From Owenia fusiformis (taxonomy: Eukaryota), in the NCBI GenBank assembly GCA_903813345.2, contig CAIIXF020000001.1, forward strand, positions 39,246,001 through 39,310,000: a stretch of DNA of 64,000 nucleotides, in the 5' to 3' direction. This document shows positions 1 to 11,758 of this stretch, in pieces. Numbering within the stretch: the first letter of the stretch is position 1; every line of letters starts with the position of its first letter. The position numbers and the translations under genes were made by a program. The notes beneath the pieces are model-generated. The model saw only the letters and a list, made by a program, of their open reading frames with translations. It ran no database searches and was not told the DNA's origin.

Positions 1-2629
1 TCCAGCTACAAACAGTCCTGCGACAAACATGAACTTGGCTCCTACCCTAGTTAACTGCATAAACCAAAGCACAAATGAGCTTTACATTTCATTATATGAA
101 GATCTAATTGAGCAATATACATGGAGCTAGAAATGGAGATTGAGATAACCCTTTACAATACATCATTCTCTTGAAAGCCCATGATTTTATGTATCAGAAA
201 CACCAATTCACATAAATAAAACACTTCTTTAGAAATAAATTGACTGCAAAAGATAAGTGTAAATTGAAATTCCAAAATCCTGCATGAGATTATCACATTT
301 AATCTTTATTTTCTTTTGTGTTTAATTTTTTAATTTAAACTTACAATTGCTCCAAAGAATGGTGATGTTAAAAACATAACAACTGCAAATATTCCAAAGA
401 TGAGGCCTGTCATTGTTTCTGATGCTCCTTTCTTATTAGCCTGCAAAGAGCAAAATAAAAAATTATGGTGTTCTTGACCCCCATAAACAGCCCCTGGAAT
501 ATATGTTAAATATATTTATGGATAAATGTCTAAATTTCAAATAATACAATTCGGAGTGAAACTGGGAATGGGACTGACAAATAACTGATAGCTTTATAGT
601 ACTACGGCCAAGGCCATTTGTGTCCAAAACCCCTAGATTCAATTTGACTTTAGATTCTTGTAGGGGACCTCAAGGCATGTAAAAAATTTTGTGAACCCTT
701 GCAAAGCAGGCTCAAAAGTGTTGAGTCAGCAAATTTTATCATTTTCGAGTCGGAGTTTGACCATATGCTTGAAGCTATTAATATCTCATTTGAGGATGTT
801 GCAATTATAATGAAACATTGTTAATATATAAATAGCCCAATTTACACTACGCGCAGCATCCCAAGACGTTTTGGCTAAAACGTTTTAGGAAAATTATGTT
901 GAGTTTAAATTACCATTTTCAAGACGTCTTAGGAAATAAGATCGAGTTTACACCTGTTTTCCTAAAACGTCTTAGAGATACATGTATGTAGGTATACATG
1001 TAAAATGAAAAAAGCAGTTCAGTACTGGTTTAAGGACCGTTCAGTTCAGTCAATATAGATATTCCTTTCCCGCTTCTATACTTTGTACCCGACTTTGTAC
1101 TAAAGAATGCATCAGTTTCAGAAAAATATGTCATAAAGACAGCATTGTTAAAAGCATGGAAGAGAGCATGAAGATTTTATGCATAAATTAGGATTATGAT
1201 AAATCGCCAGGCAAATAAGTTCTTTTCAATAATTTTGGGATGATATTGGGAACAAGGGATAAGACAAAACAGAGGACTATGCGACATATGTAAATGGAAA
1301 GATTCAAATGTTTCGTTCGGTGCAACGCAAAAAAACCGGGCTAAGAGCTCTTAGCTAGAACCGATGGATTTACACTAGCTTGTAAAACGTTTTAACGCTA
1401 AGACGTCTTAGCTATGACTAGGGTCCTAAAACGTTTTAGCTAAGCGCTCTTAGCCGAGAGCTCTTAGCTCTGGATTTACATTACATTTGTAGAACGTTTT
1501 AACGCTAAAACGTTTTAGCTAAGACGTCTTAGCGCGCTAGTGTAAATCCAACAAATAAGGCATGTATGAAGAATTCCTGAAAGTTTGGGTCTTATCCAAC
1601 AAAATTTGGTAGAGATATGGGATAATTTGTCACTAAAGTACATAATTTCTCTATAAAATTTCTTAATCAGTCATTTAAAAACAGTAAGGGCCTATGGTAT
1701 AACAACAAATTGTAACAACAAATGATTAAGAGCCAGAGTTACTAAGAGCCTGGTTGCAGTTTGCACACTTTGTATTGTACATATATATATACACTTTGTA
1801 TTGTATATATGTCATAAATTGTTTAGTTGTAGTCTGTAGAACATAACAGGATGTGTATGTAATGTCAAAATAATAGATCTTGTTCATAGGCGTAGCTACT
1901 AGCTAGGGATGGGATCGCACTCCCCCCCAAAACCAATAAAAAATATAACCATGAGATAGAAGAAAAGGGTTCATAAACTTATTTTTACATGCCTTGGGGT
2001 CCCCTAGAAGAATCTAAAGTCAAATTGAATCTATATACCTCTCTAGTTTTGCATTAAGACTGTGTACTCCCCCCCCCTTTACTTCACCTTTCCAACAAGG
2101 TGAAGTCCACAGGGAGGGAGTAGGTACATAGTCTTTGGGCAAGACTAATCCCTCTCAAACTCTTTTTCTGTAGATATACCCTTAGCAAAACTTGGAGAAT
2201 TGAAAGATGGATAAATTACCCCTATACTCAGACATGACCTACACACATAGAATGATGGTCTTCATAACTCTTGTACACAAACCTAGCTCATGATGAAAGT
2301 TTCGAATTCAGAAGAAAAGCTATGGAACTTACCTCCTGTGGAAAGAAAGGTCCTAACATTGAGAAGAAAGCTGCTTCAAATATATAAGACACACACAGTG
2401 ACACTAGGGTGAACTTTTGTTCAGAAGTCATATTCTGCGATTCAGTAGAAGAATTATCACAATCATTCTGAATTGAATCTAGTTCCATATTGCGCGTTAA
2501 AAGAGTCTCTGAAGCTGTGACTGTATCATCTGTTTCAGCTTTGTTAGTTCTGTTTTTATTAGGTGACACATTTTCATATTTATCATTGGACTTTTCTTCA
2601 TCCATTGGAGTATCACTAACTTGCTCCAT
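1..2629 (-). CDS. SLC18B1: MFS-type transporter SLC18B1-like, 5' part (gene continues beyond left edge)
   Basis: Coding exons 2629-2333 (MEQVS...FFSMLGPFFPQE|gtaagt), 440-345 (ag|ANKKGASETMTGLIFGIFAVVMFLTSPFFGAI|gtaagt) and 54-1 (ag|LTRVGAKFMFVAGLFVAG). All are phase 0. Peptides match the recalled SLC18B1 N-terminal helices (LGPFFP.EA.KKGAS; GAKFMFVAG). An acceptor at 2779-2781 implies an unlocated upstream non-coding exon. Confidence 0.9.
634..2033. mobile_element. Non-autonomous DNA transposon with ~52-bp TIRs, TA-flanked
   Basis: tagattcaatttgactttagattcttgtaggggacctcaaggcatgtaaaaa (634-685) is the near-perfect reverse complement of 1982-2033. Lies in an SLC18B1 intron. Confidence 0.75.
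840..1550. mobile_element. Palindrome-rich MITE nested in the 634-2033 element
   Basis: atttacactacgcgc at 840 pairs with gcgcgctagtgtaaat at ~1532-1547. Many ctaaaacgttttag/ctaagacgtcttag palindromes. Inner inverted repeat tggatttacactagc...gctagtgtaaatcca at ~1364-1550. Confidence 0.65.
2044..2147. mobile_element. 104-bp mini-transposon, TAG..CTA ends, 9-bp TSD (AcademH-like signature)
   Basis: Imperfect TIRs tagttttgcattaagactgtgtac / gtacatagtctttgggcaagacta, flanked by atacctctc (2035-2043) and atccctctc (2148-2156). Confidence 0.6.
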
Positions 2630-2991
2630 ATTGTTAAAATATACGGTAGAGATATGATGCCCTTTGTGCAGTTGTAGGGTAAATTTATGTTTTCTTTTAA
2701 ATCACAGTCACTCTGTCATACTTCCAGTGCTTGTTTTACTCTGTTATGTAATCTCTATATTCGCTCCAAATCTAGTTCCTGAAAGAAAAAGTTAACTATG
2801 ATTTAGATTTAAGATAAAACCCTTAACAATATCACATTTCACATTTTTCAACTGTTTCTTTATATATCCTTTACGAACAGCGTGGGTTCCTTGGTGATTT
2901 CCGTAGATCCTAAACCAGTCGGATTTTGCTTCTGATTTCTAATTCGGAATCCTGAGAAAATTTCCTATTAAGGTTCAGCTGGAAAGTAACA

Positions 2992-3352
2992 TTTTGGTAA
3001 AAAATTGCTATACCTGCACATGTTATTTTCTGGTACACTATAAAGTATGAAGGCATGTGTTGTTTTCCTTGTTTTTTTAGGAAAGTATCATAAATTGTCT
3101 ACTTTTAGTAAACCTGGAAACAGGTCAATGGTAGCTCCTGTGTTGTCTGGAAACTTTGAAAGAAAATTTGGAAAAATAGAAAGTGTGAAATATCAGAATT
3201 TCCTGGAGTTCCAATTGACCTCTTACCAGATATACTAAAAGAAGACAATGTAATGATACTTTCCTGAAAAAACACGGAAATTGACACATGCCTTCATACT
3301 TTGTAGTGTACCAGAAAATAACATGTGCAGGTATAGCAATTTTTCACCAAAA
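2992..3352. mobile_element. Foldback/MITE with ~120-bp inverted arms
   Basis: aaaattgctatacctgcacatgttattttctggtacacta... (from ~3000) is mirrored by ...tagtgtaccagaaaataacatgtgcaggtatagcaatttt (to ~3345). Confidence 0.75.
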
Positions 3353-3479
3353 ACTATTTCAATATAGAAAATCAAATTGTTGCCAAACTTATTGAGGGGT
3401 ATAAATTGTATGTATGAGAAATACAAAAAATGCTTTTATGTGAGGTACACGGATGAGGGGGGAGATTTGTGGACAACGT

Positions 3480-4206
3480 AAACAAGGCACAGACGTGAAC
3501 AATATCGTACCTAAAACACAGCATTGTGGTCTTGTTGACCAAGAAAGCAAGATGGCCGCAGAAAAGTTAATCAGCTCTAGAACTTATCACTGTGTAACAT
3601 ATGTAAAAATTTGAACAGTTTGGCTGGAAACCTGTAGACAAGCCTTGAAAGTGAAGATTTTAGGACGGAAAATCCAAAATGGCCACCTTAAAATTTACCC
3701 AGAATGCCCAAAAACCAATCAGTTCTTGACGTTGATATGTAGAAACATACCTGAAAATTTCAGATGAATCCCTCAAAAGGTTTGGCTGACAACCTGTAGA
3801 CAAGTCTTGAAAGTAAAGATTTTAGGACGGAAAATCCAAAATGGCCACCTTAAGATTTACCCAGAATGTCCAAAAACTAATCAGTTCTTGACGTTGATAT
3901 GTAGAAACATCCCTGAAAATTTCAGATGAATCCCTCAAATGGTTTGGCTGGAAACCTGTAGACAAGTCTTGAAAGTGAAGGTTTTAGGACGGAAAATCCA
4001 AAATGGCCACCTTAAGATTTACCCAGAATGCCCAAAAACTAATCAGTTCTTGCCGTTGATATGTAGAAACATCCCTGAAAATTTCAGATGAATCCCTCAA
4101 ATGGTTTGGCTGGAAACCTGTAGACAATCTGAAAAGTTAGACGCCGCCCGCCCGCCGCCCGTCAAGCTGACTACCATATCGTACCTTTTGTTAGGTACGA
4201 TAAAAA
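3480..4206 (-). mobile_element. Helentron-associated (HINE/DINE-1-like) non-autonomous element with internal ~162-bp tandem repeats
   Basis: On the minus strand: T-run, hairpin ATCGTACC..GGTACGAT (4178-4201), (GGGC/GGC)n microsatellite (4142-4162), about three 162-bp core repeats (starts ~3620, 3781, 3943, partial 4105), and a subterminal ATCGTACC copy at ~3504. Confidence 0.7.
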
Positions 4207-4851
4207 TCCACATGCTATCTATTGCAAGACTTATGCCTGGCACAACCGTCACCATGTTATTAAGTGTATTAAGTGTTAAGCAAGGATCCTGCCACGTCTG
4301 TGGTATTGTTATCATGAAAGCCTGGTATAACCGTGACAATGCTATATTATATTGCAAGGCCTGTCATGACCGTGGTAATGTTAAAGCCTGATATGACCGT
4401 GACAATGCTATATTATATCGCAAGGCCTGTCATGACCGTGGTAATGTTAAAGCCTTATATGACTGTGGCAATGGTTGTAAGGCCTGTCATGACCATGGTA
4501 ATGTTAAAGCCTGATATGACCGTGACAATGTTCACGTTCTTGAATGAGATTAGAATTATAGTTTGTGGAAATGAATTATGAGTTTAAGTAGTAGTGCATG
4601 TAGTAGTAGTCTAGATTTACATATTTAAGGTAGATAAACGATGAAATTTTTTATTACAGTATTCTCATGCTACTAAATGTCACATAATATAACCATTGTC
4701 ACGGTCATATTGTGCTTTAACATAACCACAGTCATGCCAGGCCTTGCAACCATTGTCACGGTCATATCAGGCTTTAACATTACCACGGTCATGACAGGCC
4801 TTGCAACCATTGTCACGGTCATATCAGGCTTTAACATTACCGCTGTCATGT

Positions 4852-5156
4852 CATGGGCGTAGGGCTATATTTTGAGTTGGTACGCACACTCAGGGATGCC
4901 TGATTGCGTGGCCGAAGGCAGCGCATCGCTGGGGGCCAGGGTTATGCTCCCCCGGGAAATGTTTTTCAATGACGTTATTTGATGGAATTTAAGCATTTTT
5001 ATTAACTTTAAATGTTGACAATGGTAAAAATACAGATACGGTAGGAAGCATCAATAAATTCGCAAATAAATTAATGCATTTTAACACATTTTTAATTTTT
5101 TTCAAATTCGTTTGGTACGCCTGTGCGTATTTTGCATAATAGGCGCTACGCCCATG
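4852..5156. mobile_element. MITE with CATGGGCGTAG TIRs, probable 5-bp TSD
   Basis: catgggcgtag ... ctacgcccatg, flanked by catgt / tatgt. Interrupts the host tandem repeat. Confidence 0.7.
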
Positions 5157-5235
5157 TATGTCAGGCCTTGCAATATAGTACATAGCATTGTCATGGTCAT
5201 ATCAGGCTTTAACATTACCATGGTAATGACAGGCC

Positions 5236-5754
5236 TAGCCTTGTAGAAGGCTTCAGCATTTGTTGATTTTTAAAATAGCCTTAATTGCATCAAAGCCATT
5301 GGAAAACGCTTGATTGTACCTGCAAAAAATTACATGTAATTCGTAAGGTAAATACTACTTACTATAACATATTTTCATGCTCAACCCAAAGAATACCACT
5401 GTTTCTACCATCCTGCTACGCCAAACTATATCCTAAGTAATAACTAGAGTCATAAAATGAACTTCTTTCCGACCAAACAAATATTTTACATTCTGCCATT
5501 TTGCATTTCCGAATCATTTTTTTGGTTATTATTTAGGATATAGTTTGACGTAGCAGGACGGGAGAAACAGTGATTTTCTTCGAGTTGAGTATGAAAATAT
5601 GACATAGAAGTAGTATTTATCTTACGAATTATATGTAGTTTATTGCAGGTAAAATTGAGCGTTTTCCAATGGGTTTGATGCAAGGCTTTACATTTGGAAA
5701 CAAATATATCCAAATTTTAAAAATCAACAAATGCTAAACCCTTCTACAAGGCTA
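5236..5754. mobile_element. MITE with TAGCC..GGCTA ends and ~9-bp TSD (AcademH- or Mutator-like)
   Basis: tagccttgtagaagg..agcatttgttgatttttaaaat is mirrored at 5714-5754, with further inner inverted arms. Flanks are tgacaggcc / tgacagggc. Confidence 0.75.
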
Positions 5755-6054
5755 TGACAGGGCATACAATATAATATAGCATTATTTCTCGAACAGGATA
5801 ACACGATAACACTACCACAGGGACTACTTCGGTGACATTAAATCACCAGAACAAAGGATATAACCAACCACCTACCAACCAGCTTGCCCGTAGCCAACTT
5901 TTACCAGGGGGGGAGCTTTTTTCTAGGGGGGGAGCTTTTTCACAATTTTGGCTAAAAATCATGCGAAAAATAATCAGAATGGTGAAAAACTGCATGATTT
6001 TGAAAGAATTTCTGCCGGGGGGGGGAGCTTCCGCTCCCCCAGCTCCCCCTCTGG

Positions 6055-7960
6055 TATTTCAACGTCGTTAAACTCAATAACGGCGTTATTTATTATTAAG
6101 AATTTTCTTGGGGCCGTTATTGAGTTTAACCTCTTTACTATTCTTTCCATTGATGCAAGTTTTGGATCCACCAAAACCATTTTTCCGCGATAACATGCAA
6201 CTGATACTTAACAACAATATAAAAACACATAACATCAAGCGATTCAACACAATATTATTGTATTAAATGGTCATTTATACGAGTAAAATGAGGTTAAACT
6301 TACCAATCTCTAAAATGACATTTCCGCATGTCCGTCGTTGTGTCTGTTCGTCCCGGGTTAAAATTTAAACTATTGAAACGAAATTGTTGTCAAATAGATT
6401 GATAATTATCACGCGATTACTCGGGATAAAATAACCATTTTTGAGGATAGCAGGTATCTTTGATTGATTTATATAGCACTTGTATACATACAAAATAGTT
6501 ATTAATTGCAAACCTACTGTTCGTTGATGCAGTGTCGCAATGACGGTTAATTCCTGATGCGATTTGCAATTTCGATGTTACCGGAGCTGACCGATATTTT
6601 CGTAAAATTCCAAACCTGTCTCCAATATTTTCGTAATTATGCATCAATATGGTCTAAGGGGGATACGGGATGGTGTGTATGTATTTATAAGGTATGTATG
6701 CATGCTTGAATCACATTCTTTATGTAAAATTACCAAGTTTTCGGAGTTTAATTAGTTCCGCTTGTTGGAACCTGCGGAACGATTAAATTAACGCATCAAG
6801 GGCAAAATGGTCATGGAGGTTAGACCTTATCCCGTTCCCGGAATATGGTCCTGTGAACATCTCAATCTTTTGCCTGTGCGATTACAACATGGGAGAATTT
6901 TTTACTCATCTTACACTTCAGATACCTACTTCAATAGATTCCTTGGTAATTTAGCATTCTTTTCGTGTAGTTGAATCCACAATTGTCTGGGTTTATCGAC
7001 AGAACGAAGACATTTTCGTTTTTGATCGCAATATTTGCGTGTAACATTTAAAGGACAACTGAAATAGCTTTTCTCAACTTGCAGCTACAAAAATGCGGGT
7101 TTCTCTATTGTAAGCCCACCGTAGAGTTCTTGCGATAGCCATTATAAAATAATTGTAAGATAACTGCTAACTGCCATAGATAACGAAATAAAACTAACTG
7201 ATAAATCAAGTTGGCCCCCACGTGATAGTTACGTCATATACAAATTATAGCTTTGGTTTATTGGTTCCATAGTAATCACAACGTCACGGCAACCATAGGA
7301 TTGTTGTGTAAACAAATAACAAAACCTTTTGGCATTATGACGTCATGATCTAATGGACCAAAACGGGCCACGTGGGGGCCAGTGAGAGATCACGTTGGGG
7401 CCAATAACGTCACAACCAATTCGAATATTGCTTATTAAGCAGCTATTACGATCGTTAGAGTGAAATAGTTTTCACACTACTGATAAGAAAATATGTCCAA
7501 ATACATCTATCAAAAAATTATATTGATTCCTTTAGGTTAAAAATACCATTTCATATCTGCTTTAACTTATTTCAACCGTCAAATTCCTCCATATTGGTAC
7601 TTCCGGGCTACATCCGGGACAGCCAAACGGGGGATTCCCCTTTTAAATCCAACCGCCATTTTGAAAAGTGATGGAATCTCTCTCGATGAAAAAGAGAAAA
7701 TGTTCCCGTTCTGCCGATATACCCAGACAATCGGCGGTTCCAATATATTAGAAGTTACATCTTGAGTTCTATAATGCATTGAGGTAGGTATCTTAAGTGT
7801 AAGGGGTGTAGATAATTCTCCCAAGTTGTAATCGTACAGGCAAATGAATGCGCTCAGTGCAGGACTATAGTCCGGGAACGGGATAAGTTAGACCTAGCCG
7901 GGCCATAAGACATGTCAGATAAGAAACGAGGCCCGGGCTAGGTCTAATGTTGTTGGACTA
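6055..7960. mobile_element. Non-autonomous transposon with perfect 9-bp TSD, degenerate TIRs and subterminal hairpins
   Basis: TSD cccctctgg at 6046-6054 and 7961-7969. Ends tatttcaac.. / ..gttggacta. Hairpins at 6067-6130 and 7888-7948. Confidence 0.7.
6827..7886. mobile_element. Innermost nested TIR element with 8-10-bp TSD
   Basis: ttatcccgttcccggaatatggtcctg / caggactatagtccgggaacgggataa, flanked by gttagacc at 6819-6826 and 7887-7894. Confidence 0.75.
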
Positions 7961-8424
7961 CCCCTCTGGCTACGGGCCTGCACGGTCATGGCAGGATCCT
8001 TGCAAAACTTAAAAACACTTATGGTGAGGGGTGTGCCAGGCATAAGTCTTGCAACAGATAGGCTCTCAAAAAATCGATCCCTGGTCACCAATTTGATGGC
8101 TAGAACTGTGGGAGGTAAATTTTTACAAACAGTTTTAGCCTAGATCTATAGACCCTCTACTAGCCCAAAAATGGACTCTCTTACTCTACGTCTTATAAAA
8201 ATATTATTACCTTACATAACGCAATGCATTTTATCCTTCTTTTATCTATTGATCATGTGTGTATTCCTTGATTAGTCTACCTATCGATGTCACTAGTGTC
8301 ATGCTGGTAAATATGTAAGTCACGTGTTATCTGAATGACCTTGACCTTGTATTGTAAACAAATAACAGCTGAAGAATATTACAACTCTTGAAAGATCATC
8401 TCTGGCCCAGATCTTCATTCTAAA

Positions 8425-11400
8425 ATGGTTCTTGCTTGGTACTTCCGTCCCTCTGATGAAGACCAGCGTTTGCCACATATGAAGGACCCAAACATTGCAG
8501 TTACCATGGATGACTTAGAGAAAAAGACAGGAGGGAAATACTGGATGGTAGGTACAGAAGTGTTACACTGGTGTACTAGTAGGATCAATACTTTAAGCTG
8601 AGACTTACATAAGTGATGGTCTCAGCTATAAGACCAATGCCATACCAAATGTTCAAAGTAGAAAAAAGCTAATATTCAAACTGAAGAAGGTCCTGAGAAG
8701 AAGGAAGATCAATGAGGAAAAAGACCAAAACAAGACCAAAACAACCTCCATAACAACAGATCCTATAAAATCTGGGTCCATTCCCATTCCACACTCACAG
8801 ATGGCAAAATTTTTCTGAGGAAATACATCCTTAAGATTTATTTAGAATATATTTCCTTTGAAAAATTCTGCCATCTGTGGTCCATTCTCATATCAAATGG
8901 CAAAAAGGTACCCCATGTGTGCTGAGGATCCTCATCAAGGTTTATATTCAGTGGACCCCCCTGGTTCATAGATTGGACCTATGTAAAAATTGGGATTAAG
9001 ATTGCCAATGTCGTTAACTTAATCTGCCTGCTTGTTTCATTTTCCACTTAGCTAACAATACTGATGTGTAACACTGTGTTTTAATGAAATGTCATTGTAT
9101 TTAATTTTAATTCCTCATGCTTTCCAAATTGGAAATATATTAATACCTAAAACATGTAGGCCTATAGTTCCAAGGCTGATCTCTTTAGACATAATCAATT
9201 TTGTTCTGTCTGGCTTTTTGATCAGTTTGGTTTTTATTTCATGTATTAGGGATGTACCAATCTAATATTTTACATATTTCATTGCCTATACGTTCGAGGT
9301 TTGCTAAAACCTTTTCCAACTGAATTTTGCAGATTGACCCTACAGAATACCAAGAATGTGAAATGTACAAAACTCTAAGATCAGAGCGAGGTTACAATTA
9401 CGAAGACTGCATTCAAGTAACAGATGACAAGCCTGAATTTCAGAAAATGGTACTAAAACTTTGTAATTACCTCAAGCGAACATTTAATATTTGGAAGACA
9501 CATATTTGTCACCATGTACATTTTACATGTACTTTAATCACTCAAAGATAACACAGAAGTAGTCACTCCCACTTAGAAAACAAAAATTATCACTGGTAAA
9601 GAAAACACAGAAGTGAACTTTCACAGAGAAAACAAAAGTAATCACTCCCACAGGTAACACAGAAGTTATCACTCTCACACAAAATAATGAAGTGATTGCT
9701 CTCACAGAGAACACAGAAGTGATTGCTGACACAGAGAACACAGAAGTGATTGCTCATACAGAGAACACAGAAGTGATTGCTCATACAGAGAACACAGAAG
9801 TGATTGCTCTCACAGAGAACACAGAAGTGATTGCTCATACAGAGAACGCAGAAGTGATTGCTCATACAGAGAACACAGAAGTGATTGCTCTCACAGAGAA
9901 CACAGAAGTGATTGCTCTCACAGAGAACACAATAGTGATTGCTCTCATAGGTAGCGCTGAAGTGACCCCCTTTTCATATATGGCGTGACTGACCTACACT
10001 AAAGTGATGGCTTTCACTTGTATAACTAAGGTAATAGACTAGATGCGACTAGAAATAATCTTGATTTACGTCATGAAATATTCAAAATTCAAAGTGATGT
10101 CAAATTTGTAATCTGCATGTAAAAGTACATCTAGTAACATGGTTTCGAAAATTGTCTATCAACTTTGAAAATTTTTTTTTTTTGAAAATGTGACTTCTTG
10201 TTCGGGTTGATTCCCCATAGACCCCATGTTACAAAATCACAAAAAGTGAATCTTTTCTTGTTTTGGAAAGATAACATTTTCTTTTACTGGACATATTTTA
10301 ATTTGCATAACTATAATATACATAAGGGTTATATGAAAATTGAAGCACGCAAATAGATGTAATTTAAGTTAAAGGGAACTTTCTACTATACCTGCCATGC
10401 TATCTGACCCGAACGAGCCACCTGGTGGTGAATCTGGTAACTACCTACTCGCATCTGCGTTATTGCTCACTCGGATAATGCAAAAGTGATCACTCTAACA
10501 ATGAACACAGATTACAACAAGGAAGTACATGTATATAGAAGTCTGTGTTATATGTGAGAGCAATCACTTCATTGTTCTCTGTGAGAATTATCACTTCTGT
10601 GTTCTGTGTGAAAGCAATCACTTCTGTGTTCTCTGTGATAGCAATCACTTGATTGTTCTGTGTTATAGTGATCACTTCTGTGTTCTGTGTGAGAGCAATC
10701 ACTACTGTGTTCTCTGTGATAGCAATCACTTCATTGTTCTGTGTTAGAGTGATCACTTCTGTGTTCTGTGTGAGAGCAATCACTTCTTTGTTCTCTGTGA
10801 GAGCAATCACTTCTGTATTACCCGTGAAGGCAATCTGGAACATTTCATTACATACAAAACAGGCATGTTGAAAAATAAAATTTGTGTTTCAGCTCAAGCA
10901 ATTCTATGAAGAACACTTACATGCTGATGAAGAGGTGAGATTTGTGCTTGATGGATCAGGATACTTTGATGTAAGGGATGATGCAGATGCCTGGATCAGA
11001 ATTCAGATGGAGCCAGGGGATCTCATTGTTTTACCTGCTGGAATTTATCACCGCTTCACATTGGATACAAAGGTACTTCAAATACGGGCTTATTTTGAAT
11101 AAAAAATTTGATCAAAACTTGTTTTAATATAACTGATAAAAATCTGTCAGTTGGTTGGTATGATGTCCAAGTATCTTTGAAATTCTGGAAATTATGACAA
11201 AGAGAAAGAATAAATATTTTTTCAAATAATATTTACAATCTTTTTTTCAATTCAAATATGATGTCAGTTGGTTTTGGATCACAAAGAACCAGGTGTGGTA
11301 TGGCAAGTGATTTCAGTTATACCATGTATGTTATCAGTTCTGGACTCTCTTAAAAAGCATGGATTATGACCCCTCATCGACATGTTTTTAAAACGTTTTC

Positions 11401-11758
11401 TTAATTTAACTATAATTAAGTTTTAGCATGAGATGAGGCAGAAGTATGGGATATGTAGTTTTCAACTTTACTTCATTTCAACACCACTACCCTTGCATCT
11501 ATATTATTGACATAGCATAAATGTTTGTATCCAACCCTTTTTCAACTGTATAGTTCTGAAATTTTTGTGCTTTTGCATGTCTTGCCTTTGGTGTGAATAC
11601 CACTTCATGTACAAACATGTATGTGTCTTGTGTTTCAGAATTTCATTAAGGCGGTGAGACTGTTTAAAGGGGAGCCAGTTTGGACTGCACACCCAAGGCC
11701 ATCTGATAGCCATCCAGCAAGACTCGCCTATGTCAGTTCACAGAACATGGGCTCTTAA
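8425..11758 (+). CDS. ADI1: Acireductone dioxygenase (1,2-dihydroxy-3-keto-5-methylthiopentene dioxygenase), 179 aa
   Basis: Exons 8425-8547 (MVLAWYF..DQRLPH..KYWM), 9333-9449 ([16 protein letters not shown]), 10893-11072 ([42 protein letters not shown]) and 11639-11758 ([24 protein letters not shown]). All GT-AG, phase 0. Cupin metal ligands HxHxxxE and the downstream His are intact. Confidence 0.97.
8796..8879. repeat. Short imperfect hairpin (MITE remnant) in ADI1 intron 1
   Basis: cacagatggcaaaattttt ... aaaaattctgccatctgtg. Confidence 0.6.
9545..9965 (+). repeat. 27-bp minisatellite (acagagaacacagaagtgattgctctc)
   Basis: About 15 copies in ADI1 intron 2. Gives the 9-aa periodic [12 protein letters not shown]. 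Confidence 0.95.
10540..10825 (-). repeat. Inverted copy of the same 27-bp minisatellite
   Basis: gagagcaatcacttctgtgttctctgt units, the reverse complement of the 9545-9965 array. Confidence 0.95.

Larger units (their letters stand above)
5885..7980. mobile_element. hAT-like MITE (relative of 17912-18120) split by a 1.9-kb insertion
   Basis: Left half gcccgtagcca...cccctctgg (5886-6054) resumes as cccctctggctacgggcctg (7961-7980). Internal aaaaactgcatgattttgaaagaatt is shared, inverted, with ~17969-17994. Confidence 0.7.
4213..8062. mobile_element. Large foldback-like element hosting nested insertions
   Basis: ttgcaagacttatgcctggcaca...caaggatcctgcca (4221-4293) is inverted at ~7989-8053. 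Contains 54-63-bp tandem units (4310-4530) and their inverted copies (4690-4850, 5160-5235). Confidence 0.65.

Noticed and set aside
6298..6360. SLC18B1 non-coding first exon (minus-strand GTAAGT donor at 6303)
   Set aside because: Lies inside a TSD-bounded nested transposon and cannot be assigned to the host gene without cDNA.
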